This document shows, in pieces, positions 40,805 to 49,408 of a DNA stretch of 64,000 nucleotides. Under the pieces are notes generated by a model. That model did no database searches. It had not been told where the DNA came from and saw nothing but the letters and a program-made list of their open reading frames with translations. A program made the translations under genes and the position numbers. Origin of the DNA: Candidatus Multivoradales bacterium. Its GTDB lineage: Bacteria > Acidobacteriota > Thermoanaerobaculia > Multivoradales > J023. The stretch spans positions 1,856,001 to 1,920,000 of the forward strand of contig CBDFLE010000005.1 of the NCBI GenBank assembly GCA_965248925.1, in the 5' to 3' direction. Position 1 is the stretch's first letter, and the number at the start of each line of letters is the position of its first letter.

Positions 40805-41404
40805 TCAATCGTCGCTGCCGAGCAGGCCGACCAGCGGACCGAGGGCTGCCTCGACACTGGCGGTAGCGGTGGTGACGCCATCGATCAACGAGCGCAACGG
40901 CGGCGTCGGATCGGCGATGTCAGGAATGGAGCCCAGGCCATCGATCAAGTCGACGGCGTTGCTGACCGTGTCCAAAAAATCACCGGCTTGATCGAGCAAG
41001 CCGCTGTCGAGACCAGCGAAAGGATCCGCTGGTGGTGGCGGTGGCGGGCTCTCGCGCAAGCGGATGCGGTAGGCCAGTTGGTCGGGACGGCGGCCACTCT
41101 CGCCCAGCCAAAGCTCCTCGATCACCACATATTGAACCTCGGTGGCGGTGGTGATGTCGGCGACGAAAGTCACCGGCTCGCCGTCCTGAAAGCGGGCTCG
41201 CAGCTGGTCGAAGAGCGTGCTCTTATCCTCCTCACCGTGCAAGCTGCCATGGATCTCCAACAGCGTCGGCTCACTGTTCAAGTCTTGAAACAGACTGCCG
41301 ACCCGACCCGGCACCGCAAGCTCGACAAACGCCCGCCGTTCGAGGGTCTCGATAGCGGCGATACGGGGGATCTCCCAGCCACCGAGCACCGGCTTGACGT
41401 TCAT
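40805..41404 (-). CDS. Tail tube initiator-like protein (DNA-circularization N-terminal / Mu gp43-like)
   Basis: ERRAFVELAVPGRVGSLFQDLNSEPTLLEIHG ... YRIRLRE. Position downstream of the tube fits this role. Confidence 0.65.
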   Translation of the reverse strand: MNVKPVLGGWEIPRIAAIETLERRAFVELAVPGRVGSLFQDLNSEPTLLEIHGSLHGEEDKSTLFDQLRARFQDGEPVTFVADITTATEVQYVVIEELWLGESGRRPDQLAYRIRLRESPPPPPPADPFAGLDSGLLDQAGDFLDTVSNAVDLIDGLGSIPDIADPTPPLRSLIDGVTTATASVEAALGPLVGLLGSDD

Positions 41405-42609
41405 GACAGATCCACCCCATGGCGCCGGGCTTGACCGACCAGAACGCCGTTGATCAAATCGCTGAGCTCGGTGGCATCGGGGCGAGCGGGAGGCGAGTCC
41501 GGTTGGGCCAGGGGTTCGGTGCCTGCCACCGTCGAGGATAGGACGGCAACCGCCGAAGCCTGAGCCGCAGCCCCTGCTTGCTCCTCGGCCTGCTCCGCGG
41601 CCTCCTCCTCGGGTAACCGCTCAGATCGAGCTACCGCGGTCGTGGAGGTGGGCGCGGCCGGCGCGGCCGGCGCGGTCGACGCGGTCGACGCGGCCGCTGG
41701 CCATACCGGCGTCAACCTTGATGCAGGGCTCGACGACGGCGCGGTCGCGGCCGGAGACACTCGCCGCACCGCGGCGCCCGAAGACGGCGACGTAGCTGGG
41801 CGATCGAGCAGAACACTCGCCAGCCTGTCGAGGCGACCCCAGACTTCTGCCGCGGCCCCCACCTCTGAGCTGGTGGCAATCGGTGGCAAGACTTGGCGCC
41901 CGGCCCCGCCCCTCGGCGGCACGAATCCGGCAGGGCGAGGAGCGCTCGCAACCGGCTGCTCGGATCTCGGGCCAGCGGCAGCGGCGGAAGCTGCGGGACC
42001 CCTGCCGGCGGCCGTGTTCTGCTCTGCCGACAGAATCTCGGAGCTCTGGCTGCCCAGCGAATCCCAAGCCGCCGCCAGAGCACCTAGAGCCGTCCCTGGG
42101 GTGATGGGGGTAGAGACTGTCGTCCGCACCTCCCGCGATACCGTGGCGGCGGTGCTGCTCGCCGATCCAGAGTTTTTCTTCTTCGACGCCCGACCCACCA
42201 CTTGGCGAGTCAGCTGGGCCACGGGTGCCGAAGGCTGTAGCGATCGGTCCGAGCGGGGCGATGGCTGCGACCGCGCTTTGGCGACGGGCGCCGCGTCGAG
42301 GGTGCCGAGCTCGCTCGACGCCGTGGGTTCAGTAAATCGCGCAGCGGACGCAGCGAGGGTCGCAGGGCGCTGATCGCCGGGGCCGGAGGTCGGCCCAGCC
42401 CCCCGCCCCACCCTCGGCAGCTCCTCAGCCGCGACCGGTGGGCCGGCGAAGACCAGCTCGTCCACCAGGGGCAGCGTACCGTCGGCCAAGCGTTCCCCGC
42501 ATGCGGCGAGTAGCCGCAACGGCCGCAGCTCGGGGACGGCGGTGGTCAACGCCAAGGCCACCCCACGAAAGGCGGCAACCGCCAAGCGCTGGCCGCGGTC
42601 GTCACTCAT
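41401..42609 (-). CDS. Low-complexity Ala/Pro/Ser-rich CIS protein with conserved-looking termini
   Basis: ATGA overlaps on both sides. Disordered middle, helical C-terminus LSDLINGVLVGQARRHGVDL. Confidence 0.65.
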   Translation of the reverse strand: MSDDRGQRLAVAAFRGVALALTTAVPELRPLRLLAACGERLADGTLPLVDELVFAGPPVAAEELPRVGRGAGPTSGPGDQRPATLAASAARFTEPTASSELGTLDAAPVAKARSQPSPRSDRSLQPSAPVAQLTRQVVGRASKKKNSGSASSTAATVSREVRTTVSTPITPGTALGALAAAWDSLGSQSSEILSAEQNTAAGRGPAASAAAAGPRSEQPVASAPRPAGFVPPRGGAGRQVLPPIATSSEVGAAAEVWGRLDRLASVLLDRPATSPSSGAAVRRVSPAATAPSSSPASRLTPVWPAAASTASTAPAAPAAPTSTTAVARSERLPEEEAAEQAEEQAGAAAQASAVAVLSSTVAGTEPLAQPDSPPARPDATELSDLINGVLVGQARRHGVDLS

Positions 42610-43076
42610 GCCACCGCCGATCCTTGGCGCAGGAGCTGTAAATGAAGCAAGATCTGCCCCAAGGTCAAGGCGTGGATCTCTTCCGGCGTCCAGCCAAGCT
42701 GCCGCGAGAGCACAAAAGCGGCCTTCACCAACGGTGCTTCCATGGCCGCTGTCAAATGCTCCTGACTGGCGGTGATGCCGCTGATCTCGTTGACCCTATC
42801 GACCAGGAACTGCGCCAGTCCGGCGCTCAAGCCGGCGACTTGGGCAATGCTGAGCGCTGGCGCTTCGATGGCGGCGTGGACCAACAAGGTGGCGGTGAGC
42901 TGATCGTCTTGCTTGGCGGCCCGGGAGACGCGCTGCAAGTCGTCCACCGTCAGCGGCCGCAAGCAGACACTTGCCGCCCCCTCTTCCCCGACCCCGGCGC
43001 CGAGCAGCTCTGGCGGCACCACCACATCGTGGCTCAGTCGGCTGCCCGCCAGCAGCTCTTCGGCGGTCAGGGTCAT
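42606..43076 (-). CDS. Tail assembly chaperone-like protein
   Basis: VCLRPLTVDDL (TAC-type motif), C-terminal LGWTPEEIHALT. Directly after the tube gene. Confidence 0.65.
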   Translation of the reverse strand: MTLTAEELLAGSRLSHDVVVPPELLGAGVGEEGAASVCLRPLTVDDLQRVSRAAKQDDQLTATLLVHAAIEAPALSIAQVAGLSAGLAQFLVDRVNEISGITASQEHLTAAMEAPLVKAAFVLSRQLGWTPEEIHALTLGQILLHLQLLRQGSAVA

Positions 43077-43567
43077 GGCTCGTCCTGGGTCGACAAATAA
43101 AGGGCCTGGAAGCCGGTGGACTCAATCACGAAATCGTCTTCCGGCATGTCATAGACCCAGCTGTCGATCTTGACGTTGTGCAACGTCACCGTGCTGCGCA
43201 GATCAGGGGTAGCGGGGTTTTGCAACATCAAAGTGATGTTGAACTCAGGTTGGGTCCAACCACCGGCCGGACGGCTAGAAGCGGCCTCACCGAGCAGCAG
43301 GCCGAGCAAGGCACCATTCAAATAGGCGCGATCGAAGGTGCCGCGGATGGTGATGTTGCCGGGTCGCAGCTCCGTGGCATAACGTTGGCCAATCTCGTGG
43401 AAGGGTTTGACATCCGAGCGCACTTCGACCCGCACCCCGCGCACCCGGCCGACGGATAGCAGCTCGTGCTTCTCGAGCACCTCCTTCGCCGCCTCGCCTT
43501 GAGGCGTGGCTGGCGCTGCTAAGGTGATCGAGCCGTCGGCTCCGGTAAAGACACTGGTATTTGGCAT
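43073..43567 (-). CDS. Tail tube protein (XkdM-like)
   Basis: VGRVRGVRVEV, FHEIGQR, GNITIRGT, VTLHNVKIDSW. Follows the sheath gene, with a GGAGG RBS. Confidence 0.8.
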   Translation of the reverse strand: MPNTSVFTGADGSITLAAPATPQGEAAKEVLEKHELLSVGRVRGVRVEVRSDVKPFHEIGQRYATELRPGNITIRGTFDRAYLNGALLGLLLGEAASSRPAGGWTQPEFNITLMLQNPATPDLRSTVTLHNVKIDSWVYDMPEDDFVIESTGFQALYLSTQDEP

Positions 43568-43583
43568 GTTGAATCCTCCGGAT

Positions 43584-44678
43584 CTACTGCAGGGTCAAAG
43601 TAACGGCGACAAAGTCGATACTGAAGGTGGGCTGCAGCAAGGCATTGACAATCGCCCGGCCGGCAATCTCATCTTGACGACTGGCGGTAACCTCGAGGCG
43701 GTAGTCGGTCAAAGCCTCGTCAGCCACCATAGTGTCGAAGAAACCGGCGATCGTGCTATGTAAAGCGGCTCGTACTCGGGCGTTGTTGAGCTTGCCAATG
43801 AACGGATCGGCGGCGGCGCGGGCGCCCCGCTTCGCCAAGTCGACAATGCGCCGGGTAGTGATTTGTGAAAACGCACCCACGTCGGTGGTGACTCCGCGCA
43901 CCACCCGCACGCCGCCCCGCTCCTCGAGAGTTAGCACCGCGCCGTGATCATCGTCGTTGGCCAACAGGCTCTCGAGTTCAGCGTAGGAAAAACGGCGCGA
44001 TAGCTTGGTGATCCCCGGCAGACTCTTGTTGGTCGGACTGCTCTGCACGGCCAGGGTGCTGATCAATCCGGCAACGGCGGCGGCGCCATAGGTGCCAGGT
44101 AGGTCGACTTCCTCGCCAGCGGCGGCATCGAAGGCCCGATAGCCCGGCGTCGTCATCACCACCCGGTCGTTGGTCGGCGCCTGGTCGCGAATAGCCGTTG
44201 CCGCGGCATCGTTGGCGGCGTCGGAACCGATGATCGCCACCATGTCGCGGCCATTGTTCTCACCGCTTTCGAGCACTGGCCCGAGGGCCGCCAAAGCATC
44301 GGCGGTGGACAGCTCAGGCAACACCAAGATGTTGATGTCGTCCTTGACCAGCTCGGCAAGCTCGGCCTCGAAAGCGGCGCGATTGGCAGCCGCCGGCAGG
44401 GCCCGAGCAAACACTGTGCGCGCTCCACCGCGAAACAGTTGCTCGAGCCCGCGAGTCAGATTGAGGGTGCCGTCGCTGAGCGGGTCGTAGGCACCAAACA
44501 GCGCTTGTGCCGAGGCGTAGTCGGAAACCAAGTGGGTTTCGCCGCCTCCGAGTTCGGCGGTGCCGACGATACCGATGTTGCCTGTCGACAGGCCTCCGAC
44601 CCCGATCAGGCCCTCCGCCCGTACTTGTACGAAAGTGCCCGGAACCACGAATTCCGATAGGTTGAATGTCTCGGTCAT
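43584..44678 (-). CDS. Contractile tail sheath protein (364 aa, minimal)
   Basis: VPGTFVQV, IGIVGTA, SSPTNK, RVVRGVTT, ITTRRIVD, FIGKLNNARVR, LQPTFSIDFVAVT. Confidence 0.92.
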   Translation of the reverse strand: MTETFNLSEFVVPGTFVQVRAEGLIGVGGLSTGNIGIVGTAELGGGETHLVSDYASAQALFGAYDPLSDGTLNLTRGLEQLFRGGARTVFARALPAAANRAAFEAELAELVKDDINILVLPELSTADALAALGPVLESGENNGRDMVAIIGSDAANDAAATAIRDQAPTNDRVVMTTPGYRAFDAAAGEEVDLPGTYGAAAVAGLISTLAVQSSPTNKSLPGITKLSRRFSYAELESLLANDDDHGAVLTLEERGGVRVVRGVTTDVGAFSQITTRRIVDLAKRGARAAADPFIGKLNNARVRAALHSTIAGFFDTMVADEALTDYRLEVTASRQDEIAGRAIVNALLQPTFSIDFVAVTLTLQ

Positions 44679-44720
44679 GTGGCGTTCCTCCTGCGTTCGT
44701 CGATGAGCTTGGCCGTCGGG

Positions 44721-45200
44721 TCAGCCGTCGGCGGCAACCAGCTCGATGGGAATGTTGGCAATGACCTCGTCGCCCTCGAGCGGGCTCGAAACCAATTCGT
44801 AATGCGCCACGAAGTGCAACTCCTGGCTCGCTTCAGTGCTTTGCGGCCGGGCTGCTGCAGGCGGCCCGACCCGTTCTAACTCGAGTCGCAGCAAACCCAC
44901 GTCGTCGAGCGCCGCCCGGCCTATGCCGAGCAGCGATTCGAGAGCGGTTGCCACCGCTCCGGGCAGCTCGGCGGTCGTCGGTGCTCGCACCGCCACCGCC
45001 ACGGTGGCCTCGGCGCGGCGGCCGAAAAGCTCCGCAGATTGATCGTCATTAAGACCCACCAATCCGCCCACTCCGGCCGGCTTGAGGGTCAACGTATAGA
45101 GGCTCACCCGTGGCTGTGGCAGGGTTCCCATGCCGGTGGCCAAAAGGGTTTCGAAAGCGGCAAAAAGCCCCGCGATCGTGGCACTACTGGTTGGCTCCAC
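44721..45200 (-). CDS. First CIS gene; putative tail terminator/cap protein
   Basis: GAGGTG RBS before GTG 45200. Its size and position before the sheath fit a terminator, but no firm motif is visible. Confidence 0.5.
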   Translation of the reverse strand: MEPTSSATIAGLFAAFETLLATGMGTLPQPRVSLYTLTLKPAGVGGLVGLNDDQSAELFGRRAEATVAVAVRAPTTAELPGAVATALESLLGIGRAALDDVGLLRLELERVGPPAAARPQSTEASQELHFVAHYELVSSPLEGDEVIANIPIELVAADG

Positions 45201-46544
45201 GGCTTCACCTCTAAAGCGAATGGTCTTGTTGTCGGCGCCCCAAATCACCACATCGGTGTCCGCCAGCTGCCGATCAATCGCAACAACAAACAAAGGCTGA
45301 GAACTAGACACCGCAAGCCGCATGCCAAGTATCGAAACCCCTCAACACCAAGTTTCTATCGCCCCACCCTGCCGGTAACGCCCATTTTTTAGGCACCCAA
45401 CAGCATCACCCGCCCACCTTTTGGGCGGAGATTCACAATAAAGTGGGCGTAGATGCATGGACGGTGGATCCTGTGCGCCTGACCTACCGGACATTCCCGG
45501 ACCGGGAGGGGGCAGGTCAGGAGGTCTAGACTCGGAGGCGGACCGCCTGCTGTAGAATCTTGACCGAGTGAAGAGCAGCCCGTCGCCAGCAGCACCGACT
45601 AGACTGGGGTAACGGACGGGACTCGCGCAGCGCCGCAGGCTGCACAGAGGTGCTTCGCCTGCGCGCTTGATTTTCAGCGAAAACTCTATACACTGCGACG
45701 GTGCGCAAGAGGGGGGGACGTAAGGCAGAAGGGTATACGCAAACAGGTATAAGTAGAGTCGAACCCGCAGGTACTCACTATGAGTAAAACTGAATCTTCG
45801 GGCGCTAGTTCAGACAATTCACAAGAGTTGACGCCTTCTGAGGGCGGCGATCTTTCTTCCTTTCCTACGCCTCCTCCTCTGCCCCGCGAACGCGCAGCGC
45901 GGGTAAAACCGAGGCCTGAGCCACCTCCCCCTCTACCCCCTCGGACCCCTGTAGCAAAGACTCCTACGCCCAAGGACGAGCTGAAGTCCTTGATCACCGA
46001 ATCGCGGGTGCATATTCCCGCTGATGATGCGGCCTCCACCTCTTTCCCCGCACCCCCACCCCTCCCCCCCAAGCTCACGCCACGCCCCCAAACGCCAACC
46101 CCGGCGCTAGCTCCTTCAGTTGCTGAGGCACCAGCACCGCCGCGGACGCGGAAAGCTCCGCCGCCGCCAGTTGCCCCGACCCCAGCGAGCAGCCAGCGTG
46201 GTGCAGCCGAATCACCTCCTCCTCTCACACCCAAAGGGCCATTACAGCGCCCTTGGACCGCGAAAAAACTTTGGCCTATATACGGCCTTGTGGCCCTAAT
46301 AGTGCTCGGCGTCGGTTTTTACTTCTCCACCAACCGGCCCGAGGATTCTCTTGCAGAAGTGGAGGCAGAACCGCAACAAGCGACAGCGTACCCTACGACC
46401 AGCCTCGTTGGTGGGGGACGGCTCCTTGTAGATGCCAGGCCCTGGGGCGAGGTGACATCCCTCCTCAACAGTGACGGTGAAGAGATTCAACTACCCCTGG
46501 ACCGCCAGACGCCGTTGGTCCTCGATCCCTCTGTGCCAATGTAG

Positions 46545-47009
46545 GTGAGACACTCCCGTACCGATAAATTAGTGAGGGCGTGGAGAGCAAACACCATGGC
46601 GAGTCCAAGCCACGAGCTGCGAGATATGAGTGCTGACCGACCAGATCCCGAGGTAACTGAGAAGGCGAAGCGGCGGCGGTACAGCGCGTCGTACAAGCTG
46701 AGCATCGTCCAGGCCGCCGACGCCTGTAGCAAAGCCGGCGAGATTGGCGCCCTGCTTCGCCGGGAGGGTCTGTATTCCTCACTCCTATCGAAGTGGCGCC
46801 AGCAACGCGATGCCAGTGCTCTGGCCGGTCTGTCGAAGAAGCGCGGTCGCAAGCGTCGACCGGTCTCTGCCGAGGCCCGCCGCGTCGCGGAGCTTGAGCG
46901 TGAGAATGCCCGGCTCAAGCATCAGCTGTACAAAGCCGAGACGATCATCGATGTCCAAAAAAAACTTTCCCGGCTGCTAGGGATCGAGCCGAGCGAGAGC
47001 CAGCCATGA
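46545..47009 (+). CDS. IS3 transposase OrfA (HTH)
   Basis: RRRYSASYKLSIV, LLRREGLYSSLLSKWR, coiled coil. A8 slippery site at 46957-46964. Start uncertain. Confidence 0.9.
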   Translation: MRHSRTDKLVRAWRANTMASPSHELRDMSADRPDPEVTEKAKRRRYSASYKLSIVQAADACSKAGEIGALLRREGLYSSLLSKWRQQRDASALAGLSKKRGRKRRPVSAEARRVAELERENARLKHQLYKAETIIDVQKKLSRLLGIEPSESQP

Positions 47010-48127
47010 GCGCTGTGGCGCCGCTGGCCGAGACGGTGGGGGTGCAAGCAGCCTGCGTCGCCTTGGCGGTCCCCAGAGCCACTTTCTATCGCCGCCGTCG
47101 GCAGCAGAGCGCAGGGCCGCAGCTATCAACGCGGCCTCGACCGCCGCTGGCATTGACGCCCGCTGAACGCCAGGAGGTCCTCGATGTGTTGCACTCGGAG
47201 CGCTTCGTCGACCGCTCGCCGCGTCAAGTCTGGGCGGCGCTGCTGGACGAGGATCAGCGCCATATCTGCTCGGTGCGCACCATGTACCGGGTCCTGGAGT
47301 CTGAGGGCGAGCTGCGCGAGCGACGCCGTCAGCGGCGTCATCCCAACTACACCAAGCCCGAACTGCTGGCCACAGGGCCGAACGAGGTGTGGTCGTGGGA
47401 CATCACCAAGCTCAAGGGCCCGGTGAAGTGGACCCACTACTACCTTTACGTAATTCTGGACGTCTTCAGCCGCTACATCGTCGGCTGGATGCTCGCCTGC
47501 CGCGAGTCCGGAGGGCTCGCGAAGCGGTTGATCGCCGACAGTGTTGAGAAGCAAGGTGTTGAGCGAGATCGACTTACCTTGCACTCGGACCGCGGTTCGA
47601 GCATGACATCCAAGCCAGTGGCTCTACTGCTGGCCGATCTCGGGATGACACGGTCGCTGAACCGGCCCTACACGAGCAACGACAATCCGTTCTCTGAGGC
47701 CCAGTTCAAGACGCTCAAGTACCATCCGAGCTTTCCCGACCGCTTCGGATCACTGGAAGATGCACGAGCATTCTGCCGCTCGTTCATCGGCTGGTACAAC
47801 ACGCAGCACTACCACACAGGACTCGGCTTGTTGACGCCAGAGACCGTCCACTACGGCCTCACGGCCTCAGTACTGGAGCAACGTCGAGAAGTCCTCGCCG
47901 CCGCCTCAGCCGCTCATCCAAGCCGCTTCAAGCGGCGAGCGCCGGCTTTGCCGGAGCCCAGTGACAAGGTCTGGATCAACCCGCCGACCACCGCCGCCAG
48001 CACTGACCCAGTCGATACCGAGAACGTAGTGACACACCGCGTACACAACGACGCACCAGGCGAGACCCCTGGCTGCGCGCCCTCGCTGAAAGCGATGGTG
48101 CCGGAGCCACTACCGATTCCGTACTAA
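47006..48127 (+). CDS. IS3 transposase OrfB (DDE integrase core)
   Basis: WSWDITKL, LDVFSRY, HSDRGS, DNPFSEAQFKTLK. It is in the -1 frame relative to OrfA and open back to the A8 run. Confidence 0.95.
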   Translation: MSAVAPLAETVGVQAACVALAVPRATFYRRRRQQSAGPQLSTRPRPPLALTPAERQEVLDVLHSERFVDRSPRQVWAALLDEDQRHICSVRTMYRVLESEGELRERRRQRRHPNYTKPELLATGPNEVWSWDITKLKGPVKWTHYYLYVILDVFSRYIVGWMLACRESGGLAKRLIADSVEKQGVERDRLTLHSDRGSSMTSKPVALLLADLGMTRSLNRPYTSNDNPFSEAQFKTLKYHPSFPDRFGSLEDARAFCRSFIGWYNTQHYHTGLGLLTPETVHYGLTASVLEQRREVLAAASAAHPSRFKRRAPALPEPSDKVWINPPTTAASTDPVDTENVVTHRVHNDAPGETPGCAPSLKAMVPEPLPIPY

Positions 48128-48322
48128 TTCCCAGAAGAAAGTGTCTCACTTTCATTGACACATTCCGGATCTCACTCCGGGTCGCTATACGGTCTACTTG
48201 ACCCATCCGGAACTTCTCGAACAGAGTCGCTCTTGCGAAGTGCAGGTCTCGGCCAATGTCGGAGGTCTTTGCCGATTGGACCTCCTGTCGGTCACTGCGG
48301 AAGACTATTGGGAGGACGCGGG

Positions 48323-49408
48323 ATGGTGGCGTTGAGAATCTGGCGAAGTTCGACCGCCTTACTGCTTCTTGGATGGCTCCTTGTCCCATCGTTGCTCGGT
48401 GCTGCTGATGATTTCTTGGGCGCCTACAAGCAGGGGCTCAAGGCTATAGAGAGCCGGCAATGGGATCTTGCTGCGGAGAAAATGCGCGAGGCGTTAGCAG
48501 GACGCGCAGAGGAGAGCCGCAGACTCATCAAGAAGGGCTATCGCCGCAGATACCTACCGCATTATTTCCTCGGCGTCGCTCATTTTGAACTCGACGACTG
48601 CGAAAGTGCGCTTGAATCTTGGACGGAATCGGAACGCCAAGGCGTGGTCACCCGGCACAAGAACTACTATGAGAACCTCGCCCACTCCCGTGAACAATGC
48701 CAGGCCCGCAGTCGCGTCACTGATCAGATCGCCCCCCTCCAGCGGCAGCTCACCAAGTTGAGTTCGAAAGTATCCCGAGCATCGAGCCTGAAACGGGACC
48801 CGGAGCTCCAGGCCACTTGGGACACGGGATCACCTTCGCTGGCGGAGCGGCAGGCCAGAGCCCAGGAAAAGCTGCGACAAGCGCGCACTCGACTTGAGCA
48901 AGCCCAGTCGCAAGCAGATCTCGATTTGTTACCAGGGGTCGAGGACTTGCTCGCTGATGCAGGTCGAGAATGGAGAACTTTCGAGCAACAAGCCGAGGCT
49001 CAGCGCGCGAAAGTACGACCGACACACATTGCAAGGAAGCACGAGAACCAGGAAGGGAACACTTTGCAACAGCTGGATCCATCGATCCTGGGGATCGACC
49101 CTCCTCCCGCCGAGCTGGATGCCGCTGGGAGAGCTTTTCTGCACGGTGACTATCCACAGGTGATCGAGATTCTCGAGGGTTTTTCTGCCGAAGACAAGCG
49201 CGCCATGGCCCATGTCCACTTGCTGCGCTCAGCGGCTCTCTTCGCTTTGCATCGCATCCGAGGCGATGGCGTAATGCTGACCCTAGCTCGTGGGGAGGCC
49301 CGCGCGGCCCGTGCGGCCGACCCAGAGCTGGTATTGCCCGAGCGCTTCTTCTCAGCCCGTTTCCGTGAGCTGTTTCATCCTATAGAAGAATCTGACCAGG
49401 AGGATTGA
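48323..49408 (+). CDS. Secreted TPR/coiled-coil protein
   Basis: GGAGG RBS, ATG 48323, signal peptide, YLPHYFLGVAHFELDDC TPR. Confidence 0.75.
   Translation: MVALRIWRSSTALLLLGWLLVPSLLGAADDFLGAYKQGLKAIESRQWDLAAEKMREALAGRAEESRRLIKKGYRRRYLPHYFLGVAHFELDDCESALESWTESERQGVVTRHKNYYENLAHSREQCQARSRVTDQIAPLQRQLTKLSSKVSRASSLKRDPELQATWDTGSPSLAERQARAQEKLRQARTRLEQAQSQADLDLLPGVEDLLADAGREWRTFEQQAEAQRAKVRPTHIARKHENQEGNTLQQLDPSILGIDPPPAELDAAGRAFLHGDYPQVIEILEGFSAEDKRAMAHVHLLRSAALFALHRIRGDGVMLTLARGEARAARAADPELVLPERFFSARFRELFHPIEESDQED

Larger units (their letters stand above)
19214..45200 (-). other. Contractile injection system (eCIS/tailocin-like) operon, 19 genes
   Basis: Co-oriented genes, many with ATGA/GTGA/TGATG overlaps, encoding sheath, tube, hub, spike, PAAR, gp25 and baseplate J. 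No head or packaging genes. Confidence 0.9.
46528..48167 (+). mobile_element. IS3-family insertion sequence
   Basis: Inverted repeats TGTGCCAATGTAGGTGAGACACT (46532-46554) and AGTGTCTCACTTTCATTGACACA (48140-48162), 20/23 match. GATC duplication at 46524-46527 and 48168-48171. Confidence 0.95.
45780..48335 (+). pseudogene. Pro-rich, single-TM, PEGA-like protein interrupted by IS3
   Basis: The 5' part ends ...LLVDARPWGEV...TPLVLD. After the IS the frame resumes LTPGRYTVYLTHP...VTAEDYWEDAGWWR* (48172-48335). The restored ORF is 303 aa. Confidence 0.85.

Noticed and set aside
19214-45200. Prophage or type VI secretion system
   Set aside because: No capsid, portal, terminase, integrase or replication genes. 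No TssB/C split sheath, TssJLM, TssK or ClpV.
45355-45365. ops/RfaH-like element (GGCGATAG, minus strand) ahead of the CIS
   Set aside because: It mismatches the GGCGGTAG core and is too short to support in GC-rich DNA.
48155-48322. N-terminal extension of the TPR gene
   Set aside because: It starts inside the IS end and overlaps the displaced 3' part of the PEGA-like gene. The RBS and signal peptide point to ATG 48323.
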